Source of the DNA: an uncultured Spirochaetota bacterium
GTDB lineage: Bacteria > Spirochaetota > Spirochaetia > SZUA-6 > Fen-1364
Direction: 5' to 3'
DNA length: 64,000 bases
Assembly: GCA_963781885.1 (NCBI GenBank)
Contig: CAWAHW010000002.1
Location: forward strand, 1,216,001-1,280,000
Shown here: one piece after another, positions 28,869 to 39,574 of the stretch
Layout of the letters: each line of letters begins with the position of its first letter
How positions within the stretch are numbered: the stretch's first letter is position 1
The notes under the pieces: model-generated
The model's input: the letters and a program-made list of their open reading frames with translations, nothing else
Database searches by the model: none
What the model was told of the DNA's origin: nothing
Position numbers and translations under genes: made by a program

Positions 28869-30137
28869 CTACCCGAGCAATCTCGCGAGATAGCGTGATT
28901 TCATCTGCTTACTTGCCAACGCCTGCTTCAAGAGAGGAAGCTTCAGAATAACGCCGAGCACAGCGGCCATGGCTCTGTGGCTGACATGAGCCTGGTTGTC
29001 GAAGATGAGGTGGGCAAGCGTGCCACGCTCAATGGCCATCACGACGGCCCGATGAGTTGAGTTGATGGGGCTGATGATTCGCTCACCCCGGCGTACGAGT
29101 GCCAGTGCATTCGTGCGGCAGGCGCGGACGCATACCCCGCATCCGAGGCACCGTTCGACGTCCACCCGTGCCTTCTTCGCTTTCGGCGCTCGCGCGTCGT
29201 TGGCGGAGACGAGGCCCATTGCCTCCACGGGACAGGCGGCAACGCACAGGCCACACCCGGTGCACATGGCGGCAGCGACCTCGGGGAGGTACGCGGTCGT
29301 CTGGATGGGGTGGAGGGTCCCGAATCGGCGTTGGGCGATCATCGCTTCGCAACAGCATCCGCAGCAATTGCAGATGAAGCTCACACCATTCTGGACGTTC
29401 TCGCCGAACTGGACGAGTCCGCAGTCCTGCGCCTGCTGCAGCAGTGCGAGGCCTTCCGCAACGTCTATCGCGCGAGCGTAATCGTGCTTTGCAAGCGAGG
29501 CCGCGGCGTCACCGAATGTCATGCAGATGTCTTTCGGAGCGTCGCAATCCCTGCCGATGTGCTGCATCTTGTGCCGGCAGTAACACACCCCCACTGCCCG
29601 GTGGGTGGCGCTGCGCACCACCTCGCTCGCCCGCTCCCAGTCGAGGACTCGCAGGTTCTCCTCCGGCGCAAGGACGGCTTCCTGTACGAAGGTGCGTCCC
29701 GGCTTGGTCTCGCCCGTAAAAAGCGCGCGGATGAACTCTTCCTCGACGTTCAAATACTGATGGAAAAGCTCCGCGAGCATCTTCTGGTCGATATCCCCCC
29801 GAATGCGCATCATCGAGAATTCGAAAGAGCCGGCCATGGGAGGGGGAAGGAAATAGGTCTGGTTGCCCTTGGGGTCCTCGGCATCGATAAGGATTGCGCG
29901 GTCCGCGAGCGCGTCGAGAGTCTTCTGCGCCGCGGCGATTGACGTGCGCCAGGCGCTTGCCGCCACCGCGGTCGTAAACGGCTTGATGGGGAGCTGGGCC
30001 ACGAGGGCAGCCTCGCGGTCGCTGAAAAGCATAGCGAGGATCTTGAAAAGAACCTCCGATGGCGGCGCCCCTTGCGGGAAGCGATTCAAACGCTCCACCA
30101 GAGAGCTATAGCCGGACTTCAACGTGTGGTGGGACAT
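28869..30137 (-). CDS. 4Fe-4S dicluster domain protein
   Basis: [14 protein letters not shown], two CxxCxxCxxxC motifs. Confidence 0.88.
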   Translation of the reverse strand: MSHHTLKSGYSSLVERLNRFPQGAPPSEVLFKILAMLFSDREAALVAQLPIKPFTTAVAASAWRTSIAAAQKTLDALADRAILIDAEDPKGNQTYFLPPPMAGSFEFSMMRIRGDIDQKMLAELFHQYLNVEEEFIRALFTGETKPGRTFVQEAVLAPEENLRVLDWERASEVVRSATHRAVGVCYCRHKMQHIGRDCDAPKDICMTFGDAAASLAKHDYARAIDVAEGLALLQQAQDCGLVQFGENVQNGVSFICNCCGCCCEAMIAQRRFGTLHPIQTTAYLPEVAAAMCTGCGLCVAACPVEAMGLVSANDARAPKAKKARVDVERCLGCGVCVRACRTNALALVRRGERIISPINSTHRAVVMAIERGTLAHLIFDNQAHVSHRAMAAVLGVILKLPLLKQALASKQMKSRYLARLLG

Positions 30138-30263
30138 GATTTGTTTGATGGTATTACTTCGTCATCCCGTTGTACAAGCGCGGATGGTCAGCAGCGCGGA
30201 CAGCCAAGAAAGAGACATAAAGGTGATTGCAACTCGGCTTCAAATATCGCATCGTCCGCTGAT

Positions 30264-31976
30264 ATGCAGCAAAACCGCTACAAATGGATAGCGCTTTCCA
30301 ACACGACGCTTGGTGTTCTCATGGCTTCCATCAACTCCTCGATCGTTCTTATCTCCCTGCCGGCCATCTTCCGCGGCATTAACATCGACCCGCTCATTCC
30401 AGAGAATGTCAGCTATCTGCTCTGGATGCTCATGGGCTACATGCTGGTGACCGCAGTACTCGTGGTGAGCCTTGGTCGAGTCGGTGATATGTACGGCCGG
30501 GTGAGAATGTACAATCTCGGTTTTGCAATTTTCACAGTGGCGTCGCTCTGCCTGTCGTTTGTATTCTGGCAGGGACCGTCGGCCGCCATGACCTTGATCG
30601 GACTTCGCATTGTCCAAGGCGTCGGGGGAGCCTTTCTCATGGCGAACTCGGCTGCGATCCTCACCGACGCCTTTCCGCTGGATCAGAGAGGAATGGCCCT
30701 TGGCATCAATTCGGTGGCGGGGATCTCGGGTTCTTTTATCGGCCTCGTTGTCGGAGGGCTGCTTTCCATCGGCAACTGGCATCTGATTTTCCTGGTGACC
30801 GTGCCTATTGGAATTGCGGGTACGATATGGGCCTATCTGAGCTTACGGGAAATCGGGGTCATGCGGCGGGCACGCATCGACTGGTGGGGAAACCTCACCT
30901 TCGGTCTTGGCCTTGTTGCGCTTCTGGTCGGCATCACCTACGGCATTCAACCCTACGGGACGCGGAGCATGGGCTGGCTCAACCCCATGGTTCTCGCAGC
31001 GATGCTGGGAGGCGTCATTCTGCTGGTCGTTTTCTGTTTCATCGAAACGCGCGTGGCCGAGCCGATGTTTCGAATGGGGCTCTTCCGGGTGCCTGCATTC
31101 AGCGCCGGCAATCTGGCCGGCCTCCTGGCTTCCATCGGCCGAGGCGGATTAATGTTCATGTTGATCATCTGGCTCCAGGGGATCTGGCTTCCCTATCACG
31201 GATACAGCTTCGAATCCACCCCGCTCTGGGCGGCGATCTACATGCTCCCGATGACCGCTGGTTTCCTCATTGCCGGACCGCTTTCAGGCTATCTTTCTGA
31301 TCGCTTTGGCGCACGACCTTTCGCCACCGGTGGCATGCTTCTTGCGGCGGTCACTTTTGCGCTCATGATGCTTTTGCCGCCCAACTTCAGTTACGCGCCA
31401 TTTGGCCTGCTTCTGCTGGCGAACGGCCTCGCCATGGGACTCTTCACCTCTCCGAACACGGCAGGGATCATGAACTCGGTGCCGCCGGGAGAGCGGGGAG
31501 TTGCATCGGGGATGCGGGCAACTTTTCAAAACGCCGCTATGAGTCTCTCGATTGGGCTTTTTTTCTCCCTGATGATCGCTGGTTTGAGCGCTTCGTTCCC
31601 CGCAACACTCCTTCGCGGACTCACAGCTCAAGGAGTGCCGGACTCGGTGGCCAACAGGGTCGCCCACCTCCCTCCGGTGGGAAGCCTCTTTGCGGCCTTT
31701 CTGGGATATAACCCGATGCAATCGCTCCTGGGTTCAACGCTCGAGCACCTTTCGCCGGAACGTGCCGCATTTCTCACGGGCAAGACTTTTTTCCCTGACC
31801 TCATCTCGGGGCCCTTCATGCAAGGGATGCATATCACCTTTCTCTTTTCGCTTGTAATGATGCTTGTGGCGGCGGGAGCCTCGTGGCTGAGAGGGAAGCG
31901 ATACGTCTACGATGAGGTGGGGCCGACTGCGGCGCACGAACAGACACTGAACCCCGCAGGGCCAGGGAAACAATAG
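30264..31976 (+). CDS. MFS transporter (DHA2-like)
   Basis: GRVGDMYGR motif [10 protein letters not shown], many TM segments. Confidence 0.9.
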   Translation: MQQNRYKWIALSNTTLGVLMASINSSIVLISLPAIFRGINIDPLIPENVSYLLWMLMGYMLVTAVLVVSLGRVGDMYGRVRMYNLGFAIFTVASLCLSFVFWQGPSAAMTLIGLRIVQGVGGAFLMANSAAILTDAFPLDQRGMALGINSVAGISGSFIGLVVGGLLSIGNWHLIFLVTVPIGIAGTIWAYLSLREIGVMRRARIDWWGNLTFGLGLVALLVGITYGIQPYGTRSMGWLNPMVLAAMLGGVILLVVFCFIETRVAEPMFRMGLFRVPAFSAGNLAGLLASIGRGGLMFMLIIWLQGIWLPYHGYSFESTPLWAAIYMLPMTAGFLIAGPLSGYLSDRFGARPFATGGMLLAAVTFALMMLLPPNFSYAPFGLLLLANGLAMGLFTSPNTAGIMNSVPPGERGVASGMRATFQNAAMSLSIGLFFSLMIAGLSASFPATLLRGLTAQGVPDSVANRVAHLPPVGSLFAAFLGYNPMQSLLGSTLEHLSPERAAFLTGKTFFPDLISGPFMQGMHITFLFSLVMMLVAAGASWLRGKRYVYDEVGPTAAHEQTLNPAGPGKQ

Positions 31977-32039
31977 AAGATCAGGGTAATGCCGGCGCTG
32001 GTGTGCAAGGTTTGGGGTGTGAGCGGCCTTCTTTTCATG

Positions 32040-32131
32040 CCGTCCCCGCGGAAGCGAACGTAGAAGCGATGCTGATTCTTTCTTTTTGTCCGTCTGGTGT
32101 AGATCGAATAGGGACGCTGAGACCTTTCCAT
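32040..32131 (-). pseudogene. N-terminal stub of a tyrosine integrase
   Basis: AGGAGG RBS; MERSQRPYSIYTRRTKRKNQHRFYVRFR resembles arm-binding N-termini of spirochaete integrases; directly 3' of tRNA-Gly. Confidence 0.5.
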
Positions 32132-32223
32132 AAGCTCCTCCTTGCCCCCGGGGGGTGCCATTTCTCAGTGTGACACTCAGGGTGACACCTTGATGCTTGA
32201 TGGAAAGTCCGTTTTCGGTTTCG

Positions 32224-32294
32224 AGCGCCCGACGAGAGTCGAACTCGTAGCTCCAGCTTGGAAGGCTGGGGTATTACCGTTATACGACGGGCGC
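32224..32294 (-). tRNA. tRNA-Gly (TCC)
   Basis: Acceptor GCGCCCG/CGGGCGC, anticodon arm CCAGC-CTTCCAA-GCTGG, T-loop GTTCGAC. Confidence 0.95.
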
Positions 32295-32442
32295 GTGACG
32301 CAAAATGTATCAGCGGTGTCTGCAATCGTCAAGGCAGTCGGGCTCTTCGGCTCGGCCGGGCGCGCCCTGAGGCTCGCGCGCATTGCACCTTTGGTGGACG
32401 CCGGGCTATCATGCAGGGGGTCAGCCAAAGGAAGGACGGCGC

Positions 32443-32715
32443 ATGGCAACACGAGGCGAGGTTTTCTCATCAAAGGCTTCGACGCCGAAAAGGACATATT
32501 TTTTCAACGTCAAGGAGACCCGCACGGGCGACGTGTTCCTGAACATCGTTGAGAGCAAGCAGGTGAAGACGCCGCCAGGCACCCAGTCGACGCGCATGGC
32601 ATCCACCGCCGGAGACGATCAGTTCGAGCGCCGATCCGTGATCGTGTTCAAGGAGGACCTTTCCGTCTTTCTGGAAGGCTTTGGCGCGGCGGTGAAATTC
32701 ATCAAGGGGAAGTGA
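32443..32715 (+). CDS. PUR-domain/DUF3276 nucleic-acid-binding protein
   Basis: GEVFS...RTYFFNVKE...FLNIVESK...FERRSVIVFKED. Confidence 0.85.
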   Translation: MATRGEVFSSKASTPKRTYFFNVKETRTGDVFLNIVESKQVKTPPGTQSTRMASTAGDDQFERRSVIVFKEDLSVFLEGFGAAVKFIKGK

Positions 32716-33256
32716 CCTTGAAGGTCCGCCGCTGGATCATGGACGGGCCTCTTTCAATGATGATGCGGCGGTGTTCGGCGGTCGGGTACCCCTTGTGCTT
32801 TTCGAACATGTACGCCGGCTCCCGCGGAGCGTAGCTTTCCATCCAGGCATCGCGCGCCGTTTTCGCCAGGATGGAGGCGGCCATGATCGAATGCACGGTC
32901 GCGTCGCCCTTGATGATGGCCATGGAAGGGATGCCGCAGCAGGGGCAGTAGATGCCGTCTACGAGGAGACGGTCGGGCCGCACGGGGAGCGCCTCCACCG
33001 CCCGCCGCATGGCCAGGAGCGACGCCTGGAGGATGTTCAGCTCGTCGATTTCTTCGTTCGACGCCCACCCGACGCCCCACGCAACGGCCTGCGCCTTGAT
33101 CACGATTTCGGCTTCCTGCCGGCGGGCGGCCGTGAGGACCTTGGAGTCTGCCAGGATTTCGACGGGGAAATCTGCCGGCAGGATCACCGCCCCGGCTGTC
33201 ACCGGACCGGCCAGCGGACCGCGCCCCGCTTCATCCACGCCGCAGACAAGCTCCAC
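32702..33256 (-). CDS. rnhB: Ribonuclease HII
   Basis: GVDEAGRGPLAGPV, DSK, IMAASILAK, KHKGYPT. Confidence 0.95.
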   Translation of the reverse strand: MELVCGVDEAGRGPLAGPVTAGAVILPADFPVEILADSKVLTAARRQEAEIVIKAQAVAWGVGWASNEEIDELNILQASLLAMRRAVEALPVRPDRLLVDGIYCPCCGIPSMAIIKGDATVHSIMAASILAKTARDAWMESYAPREPAYMFEKHKGYPTAEHRRIIIERGPSMIQRRTFKVTSP

Positions 33257-33368
33257 GATCGCGCCCCCCTCCCCATGCCGGCGTCGCCCGGGCGGTCCGC
33301 CTTGACCTCACCCTCTAATGGGTGTTAACTTCGGTGGCCATAGTAGCGCAGATTAACTGGGAGCGGAA

Positions 33369-36182
33369 GTGTTCTTAAAGACCCTGGAGATCTTCGGATT
33401 CAAATCATTCGCGGACAAGGTTCGTATCGAGTTCACCGACGGCGTGGCGGCTCTGCTCGGGCCGAACGGCTGCGGCAAGAGCAATGTGGTGGACGCCATG
33501 AAGTGGGTGCTCGGCGAGCAGTCCTCGAAGTCGCTGCGCGCGGAGAACATGGTCGACGTCATTTTCGCCGGCTCAGAAACCCGCAAGCCCCTGGGGGTCG
33601 CCGAGGTGACGCTCCTTGTATCGAACCAGGACGAAGTTCTGCCCCTCAACCTCCCCGAGGTTTCCATTCGCCGGCGGCTGTACCGCTCGGGCGAGAGCGA
33701 GTATTTCCTCAACAACAACCCGGTGAAGCTCCGCGACATTCGCGAGCTTTTTTTCGACACCGGCATCGGAAAGTCCGCCTACTCCATCATGGAGCAGGGA
33801 AAGATCGACCAGCTCCTCTCCACGAAGCCGGAGGAGCGGCGGATCGTCTTCGAGGAAGCCGCCGGCATCACGCGCTTTCGGGTGCGCGGCCAGGAGGCGG
33901 AGCGCAAGCTCGAGAAGACCGAAGAGAACATGCGCCACGTCGAGGGCATCCTCGACGAGGTGAAACGCAGCTATACCTCCCTCAAGGCGCAGGCGGAAAA
34001 GGCCGAAGCATACCGCACGTTGAAGGAGCAGATCTTCGAGGTGGAGCTTTCCATCCAGCTCCTCCGTCTGAAGGGGCTCCTCGAGGACAAGAAAAAGAGG
34101 GAAGCACGGCTCTCCGACAAGGAGAAGAATCGCGGCGAGATTGCGCGCGCCATCGCGGGGGTGAATGAAACGATCGCGCGCGAGGCGGACCTCGTGAACG
34201 CGATGGAGTCGCAGCTCGTGGAGTCGCACAAGAAGCTCTACCAGCTCGACATGGAGAAGAGCACCCGCGACAGCCAGATCCACATGTACCGCGAGCGCAT
34301 CACGGAGCTGGAGCGCGGCATCGAAGCGAACACGCTGCGCCAGCAGAACATCCAGCGCAAGATGGAGGAGATGGACGGGGAGGTCGCGCGGAAGAACGAG
34401 GGGCTGGGAGAGCTCACCGCGCGCATTGCCGAGACAGAGAAGAACATCGCCGCTTTTATCGCCGACGTCGAGGGGTTCAGCGAGCGCGTGCGCGCCAACG
34501 ACGCGGAAACACGCGCGAACGGGGAGAAGATACAGGGCAGTGAGGCGGCGATTGAAGACCTGAGGGTCCAGCTCCGCGCCATCACGGAGGACATCGTCAC
34601 GCAGCTGGACGCGCGGCTGAAAGAGATGGGCTATTCGGCAGCGGAACGCCGGTCCGTCGAAGAGTCCATCGCCGAAGCGCTCCAGGGGCTCCGCATCCAG
34701 ATCACGGGCAAGGTGACGATGCTGGAGGACGCATCGCACGTGGACTCCACCGCAAAGCCCCTCCGCGACAAGCTTGTCCAGAGCACCCTCGCGATGCTGA
34801 AGGAATCGCTGGAGAAGCTCACGACGCTGGAAGGCCTCTTCCAGAGGTCCCGCGCTTTCGCGCCATCCTTTCTCGACGAGTTCCTGGCGCCGGAAGGCAT
34901 CATCACCCGCAAGCGGGAGATCGACGAGCGCATCAACGACAGCGCCGCCACGATCGCGCGGCTGCGGCAGCGCAATGAAGAGCTCGCGAAGGAGAATGCG
35001 GGGCTGCGCCAGAAGATCGAAGAGTACCGCAGCACGCTGGAGAATCTCCGCGTCGACCTTGCGCGGCAGCAGACGCAGCGCACCGGCGTGGAGCAGGAGA
35101 TCGCCCGGTTGGGCCGCGAGCGCACCGAGCAGGAAGCGCTCCTCCGCGACGTCGGGGTGGAGATCGCCGACACCCGCACCCGTGTGAAGGAGACGCAGGA
35201 GAAGGCCACCCTCGCGGAAGGCGAACGGCGGCGCATCGAAGAGGACGAAAAGAGCGCCCGCGCCGCTCTGTCGGGGCTGGAAGGGGAGATCGCCAGCCGC
35301 AACAAGGAGCTTTCCACCCGCGAAGAGGAGCTGAAGCAGAAGAACGGTCTCCTGGGAAAGGCGCAGTCGGAGATCGAGAAGATGCAGATCGAGGTGACGG
35401 AGATCCGCACCGAGATCAAGGACCTGCACGCGAACTTCGCCGAGCGCTTCTCCCGCGACCTCTCGGAGTATGAGACGAGGATCCCCGATCTCCAGCCCAA
35501 CCACGATCTTCGGCCGCGCCTCGCGGAGCTGCGGGAGGAGATGCGCAAGCTCGGGCAGATCAACCTCATGGCCCCGGAGGAGTTCGCCGAGGTCAAGGAT
35601 CGCTTCGACTTCCTCACGGGGCAGCTCGGCGACCTCGTGCACGCCCGCGAGGACCTGAAGCGCGTGACGACGGAGATCCGCACGGAGTCCACCGAGCTTT
35701 TCCTCGACACCTACAACAAGATCAAGAAAAACTTTCACACGGTCTTCCGCCGCCTGTTCGGCGGAGGCCGCGCGGAGCTGCGGCTGGAAAACCCCGATGC
35801 GCCGCTCGAATCGGGTATCGAGGTCTTCGCGCAGCCGCCGGGCAAGAAGCTGGAGAACATCAACCTCCTCTCGGGCGGCGAGCGCTCCCTCACGGGCGTC
35901 TCGCTTCTCTTCGCCATTTACATGGTGAAGCCGTCGCCGTTCTGTCTCCTGGACGAGATCGACGCCGCGCTGGATGAGGAGAACGTGGGCCGGCTCGCCA
36001 ACCTGCTGCGGGAGTTTTCCAATCATTCGCAGTTCATCGTCATCACCCATAACAAGCGCACGGTGGCCGGTGCCGATGTGCTGTACGGCGTGACCATGGA
36101 AGAGTCGGGTATCTCGAAGCTCGTCGCGATCCGGCTGGAGAGCAGGGAGAAGAGTGAAGCTGCCCCGGCTGCCGCGCCCTGA
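33369..36182 (+). CDS. smc: Chromosome segregation protein SMC (short form)
   Basis: GFKSF, GPNGCGKSN, LSGGE, LLDEIDAALD, long coiled coil. Confidence 0.92.
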   Translation: MFLKTLEIFGFKSFADKVRIEFTDGVAALLGPNGCGKSNVVDAMKWVLGEQSSKSLRAENMVDVIFAGSETRKPLGVAEVTLLVSNQDEVLPLNLPEVSIRRRLYRSGESEYFLNNNPVKLRDIRELFFDTGIGKSAYSIMEQGKIDQLLSTKPEERRIVFEEAAGITRFRVRGQEAERKLEKTEENMRHVEGILDEVKRSYTSLKAQAEKAEAYRTLKEQIFEVELSIQLLRLKGLLEDKKKREARLSDKEKNRGEIARAIAGVNETIAREADLVNAMESQLVESHKKLYQLDMEKSTRDSQIHMYRERITELERGIEANTLRQQNIQRKMEEMDGEVARKNEGLGELTARIAETEKNIAAFIADVEGFSERVRANDAETRANGEKIQGSEAAIEDLRVQLRAITEDIVTQLDARLKEMGYSAAERRSVEESIAEALQGLRIQITGKVTMLEDASHVDSTAKPLRDKLVQSTLAMLKESLEKLTTLEGLFQRSRAFAPSFLDEFLAPEGIITRKREIDERINDSAATIARLRQRNEELAKENAGLRQKIEEYRSTLENLRVDLARQQTQRTGVEQEIARLGRERTEQEALLRDVGVEIADTRTRVKETQEKATLAEGERRRIEEDEKSARAALSGLEGEIASRNKELSTREEELKQKNGLLGKAQSEIEKMQIEVTEIRTEIKDLHANFAERFSRDLSEYETRIPDLQPNHDLRPRLAELREEMRKLGQINLMAPEEFAEVKDRFDFLTGQLGDLVHAREDLKRVTTEIRTESTELFLDTYNKIKKNFHTVFRRLFGGGRAELRLENPDAPLESGIEVFAQPPGKKLENINLLSGGERSLTGVSLLFAIYMVKPSPFCLLDEIDAALDEENVGRLANLLREFSNHSQFIVITHNKRTVAGADVLYGVTMEESGISKLVAIRLESREKSEAAPAAAP

Positions 36183-36531
36183 GATCCTCATCATCGCGGG
36201 GACGGCGTTCCTGGCATTCGTCATCACCCTCGCGGTTCTCGCGTCGCACGCGCATGCGGTCTCCGTGGCGGCCCTGCAGGAGAGACAGCGAGCCGCCCCG
36301 CGGCCGCTGCTGAGCGCCGACGAGCTGGAGATCACCCCCGAGGACTACATGGTTCCCGACCTCTCGCCGACGGACCCGGGGCCGCAGTACGTGCCCTATC
36401 GGCCCCGGCTTCCGAAGTGGAACCAGGAGCTCGTCCAGAAGTATTGGGTGGACCCGCGCGAGATCGTGAAGGAGGTCGTCGGGTCCATCAACGATCGGAA
36501 CATGGAGCAGCTTTTCCAGAGCGTGCCCTAG
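36154..36531 (+). CDS. Hypothetical membrane-anchored protein
   Basis: N-terminal TM segment; overlaps smc end. Confidence 0.6.
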   Translation: MKLPRLPRPEILIIAGTAFLAFVITLAVLASHAHAVSVAALQERQRAAPRPLLSADELEITPEDYMVPDLSPTDPGPQYVPYRPRLPKWNQELVQKYWVDPREIVKEVVGSINDRNMEQLFQSVP

Positions 36532-36617
36532 GTATATACTTGCGTGGCCCGACGGCGTCCGAGGGAACGCGGTCGGCCCACGTGATTGGCGCTTCGGTTT
36601 TTCTGGGAGGGGAACCG

Positions 36618-38291
36618 ATGATGAGGAAGGCCTCTTTCTTTCCTGTCGCGGTCGTCATGTGCTTCCTGCTGGGCTGCGCCACATCGCCGCCGCCCGCGGT
36701 TCTCACCATTGAGATGTACGATTCGAAAGCCGCCGTTGCCCCGGCGGCGCAGAATCCCGTCCTGCCTATCCCTGATCCACCTGCTGCCGATGAGCCTGTC
36801 GCGCCACCAGCACCGGTCGTCGCGTCCACCCCGGCGCCCCCGGTGGACCTTCCCGCCACCGCGGCCGGCCCGGCACCTGTGGCGCAGGCGCCGCTTCCTG
36901 TCCCGGTGGACTTCGGCTTCCTGACGCCGCCGCAGCCTCGTGCACGCGCGGCATTCGCACTCGCCGCGCCCGTTGCGCCGGCCGTGGGGGCTTTGGTGAC
37001 TCCCAGGACCGGCGCGACGAATCCGACCTTGACCGGGGCGCCCGCGGCGGCTGGAGGCACGTCGGCGGCAGCGCAAAAGCCCAAACCGGCGGCGTCGACT
37101 CCCGTATCGGGTGGCCTTTCAGCAGCCGCTTCCGGCGGCACCACTGCTTCCATCCCCTCGCTGCCTGGTACGTCGAACCCGGTGACCACGTCCGGCGGCA
37201 GGAGCTCGGCGGCTGGCTCCGGCAACACGACGGCGGGCGCGGGACAGCAGGGAAGCTCCGGCGCCGCATCAACGGGCAGCGGGGGCGGCGCGCAGGGGTC
37301 GGCGCCGGGAACGGCAACGCCGAGTGCAGCCGCCGCGCCGGGGGCGACAGGCGGCGGGCAGGGAAGCTACGGCCGGCTGCGCGAGATCTATGCCCGGCAA
37401 GGAGACGAGCTGCAGATAGGCCTGGACGGCATCGGATTCCTCTTCCTCGGCTTCCCCGATGCGGTCCAGCAGGGAGACGGCATGTCTTTCAAGGCCAAGG
37501 AAACGCGCAACGACAAGACGTGGTTCACATTCAAGGCCTTGAAGATGGGTACCTACGACCTCGATTTTCTCCAGCAGGACAACACGACCGGGAAATCGGC
37601 AAAGGAAACCGTCAGGGTGCACGTCGTCTCGGACCAGGACTTCAACGCCGCCGTGGGGCAGCAGCAGGGGCTCGATGCCGCGGGCAGCGGGACCGTGGAA
37701 ACGGGAGATCCGGCCTTCGCGGAGCGCCTGACGAGCCTGGGATCCTACGAGGCGGCGATCGCCGAGCTCCTCAAGGGGTACAAGGACGGAAACCCCGCGC
37801 GGAACGATCAGATCGCTTCCCTCTACATGCGCCTGGGCAGCTACGATGCAGCGGCCAAGTACTACGACAAGAATCTTGCGCCGCAGAACGCCTATACGCA
37901 GAGCGCGGTGCTCGGGCTGGTGAAGGTGGCCGTGGCACAGAAGGACCAGCAGGGGCTCATGAGCGTGCTCAAGCAGTTTCTCGCGATCAACGATCCGTCG
38001 ATGGAAGAGCCGCTGATCTCGGCGGCGCGGCTGGAAAAGAGCAATGGGGAGGCAGGCGTCGGACTCGATCTCGCCGCGGAATATGCGCGCCGATTCCCGA
38101 CAGGCACCTGGATCGATGAGGCCGAGTTCCTGATGGCGCAGCTCCTGGAGGCGGACTCGCAGTTCCGCGATCTTGCCCGCGCACGCGCCCTTTACCGCGA
38201 CATTCTCACGACCTATCCAGAGAGTCGTTTTGCAGACGACGCGCGACAGAGGCTGTTGTACATCGAAAGCCATTTTTTCCAGGTCCGGTGA
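36618..38291 (+). CDS. Lipoprotein with Pro/Ala/Gly-rich linker and C-terminal TPR
   Basis: Lipobox LLGC; TPR-like end (ARALYRDILTTYPES). Confidence 0.75.
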   Translation: MMRKASFFPVAVVMCFLLGCATSPPPAVLTIEMYDSKAAVAPAAQNPVLPIPDPPAADEPVAPPAPVVASTPAPPVDLPATAAGPAPVAQAPLPVPVDFGFLTPPQPRARAAFALAAPVAPAVGALVTPRTGATNPTLTGAPAAAGGTSAAAQKPKPAASTPVSGGLSAAASGGTTASIPSLPGTSNPVTTSGGRSSAAGSGNTTAGAGQQGSSGAASTGSGGGAQGSAPGTATPSAAAAPGATGGGQGSYGRLREIYARQGDELQIGLDGIGFLFLGFPDAVQQGDGMSFKAKETRNDKTWFTFKALKMGTYDLDFLQQDNTTGKSAKETVRVHVVSDQDFNAAVGQQQGLDAAGSGTVETGDPAFAERLTSLGSYEAAIAELLKGYKDGNPARNDQIASLYMRLGSYDAAAKYYDKNLAPQNAYTQSAVLGLVKVAVAQKDQQGLMSVLKQFLAINDPSMEEPLISAARLEKSNGEAGVGLDLAAEYARRFPTGTWIDEAEFLMAQLLEADSQFRDLARARALYRDILTTYPESRFADDARQRLLYIESHFFQVR

Positions 38292-38364
38292 CGCGGGGAC
38301 CCGTGAGAAGATCGGCGGATTTCTGGTAGTCCCGCGCCGCGCGGCCTGATATACTCCGCTCCTC

Positions 38365-39546
38365 ATGACGCGACCACTTGCGTGCTGCTCGATTTTTCTC
38401 TGCGCGTGCATTCTCTTCTCCTGCACGACGACCACCCGGGTGCGGGAGACGGGGCCCGTGCGCATCGGCATATACGGCGACCTCAGCTCGACCGGCGCGC
38501 GCGACGGCAACGATGCGTTGAAAGGTGCGGAGGTGCGTGTCGAAGACATCAACGACGCGGGCGGTATCGGCGGGAGGCCCATCGAGCTCTATCCGATCGA
38601 CGTCAAGCAGAGCCCCACGGAAGCGGTCAAGGCGTACACGGCGCTCGTGCAGGAAGACGGCGTCTGCGCCGTGATCGGGTCCACCGTCGCGAACGCGGGG
38701 CTCGCGGTCAGCCCCGTCGCCGATCTCTCGAAGGTGCCGCTCGTCTCGCTTTCCATCGACGACCTGGTGACGAGCCCCGACCTCAAGCCCGATCACCCCG
38801 AGCATCCGGGGACCGTGCGGCCGTTTGCCTTCCTCATCCAGCCCAGCGCGGTGCAGCTGGCTTCAGCCCTGGCCTCCTACGCCGCGGGCAATTTCCTGGT
38901 CACGCGCTATGCAACGTTGTCGGATCCGGCGAACAAGGTGTCCGTCATGCAGGCGCGGGCATTCGAAACGGCCATTTCCAAAGCGGGCAAGGTCGTGGCA
39001 GCATCGCTGTCGTTCGAAGGGGATTTTGCGGCTCTCCTTCCCCGGCTTCGGGACGCCGACGTGGAGGCCCTCTTCGTCTGTGGATCGCAGGAGATGGATC
39101 TCGCCGTCGCGCGCGCGGCACAGGCCGTTTCCTATCGCTCGCTCGTCCTCGGCAACCAGGCGTGGGCGGCGCCGTTCCTGGACAAGGCGGGGGCCGGGCT
39201 TACGGATGTGTGGTTTTGCGCAGGCGTTGCCCCTGATGATGCGGGCGTTGTGGACCTGAGGGCGAGATTCAAGGCCCGTTTCGACGATGAGCCGCGGCCT
39301 GCGGCGGTGCCAGGGTGGGACGCAATCGGTCTTATCGCTGCGGCCGTCCGAAAGGCCGGCTCGTCAAACCCGCAGAAGGTGCGGGATGCGCTGGAGCAGA
39401 CGCTGGGATACAAAGGCCTGACGGGGCAGATCGACATGGATAGAAAGACCCACAAGCCGCTGCAGCTTCCCGTGGCGATCATGCGAATCGTGAGCGGGGC
39501 CTATATGAGCGTGCAGACGCGCTACATTCCGGGGCCGACGAAGTAG
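38365..39546 (+). CDS. ABC substrate-binding lipoprotein (LivK-like)
   Basis: LFSC lipobox, VRIG, INDAGGIGGR, YKGLTG. Confidence 0.85.
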   Translation: MTRPLACCSIFLCACILFSCTTTTRVRETGPVRIGIYGDLSSTGARDGNDALKGAEVRVEDINDAGGIGGRPIELYPIDVKQSPTEAVKAYTALVQEDGVCAVIGSTVANAGLAVSPVADLSKVPLVSLSIDDLVTSPDLKPDHPEHPGTVRPFAFLIQPSAVQLASALASYAAGNFLVTRYATLSDPANKVSVMQARAFETAISKAGKVVAASLSFEGDFAALLPRLRDADVEALFVCGSQEMDLAVARAAQAVSYRSLVLGNQAWAAPFLDKAGAGLTDVWFCAGVAPDDAGVVDLRARFKARFDDEPRPAAVPGWDAIGLIAAAVRKAGSSNPQKVRDALEQTLGYKGLTGQIDMDRKTHKPLQLPVAIMRIVSGAYMSVQTRYIPGPTK

Positions 39547-39574
39547 AAGCTCCTGAACGCATGGCTGGGCGAAT

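Larger units (their letters stand above)
14420..32223. mobile_element. Decayed genomic island anchored at tRNA-Gly(TCC); left border approximate
   Basis: Lower GC, IS scars, truncated genes, integrase N-terminal stub beside the tRNA 3' end. Confidence 0.6.

Noticed and set aside
33573-36335. Long antisense ORFs (920 aa here; also 4319-6433, 8274-10211, 52097-53761, 53622-55409)
   Set aside because: Shadow frames of well-supported genes in high-GC DNA
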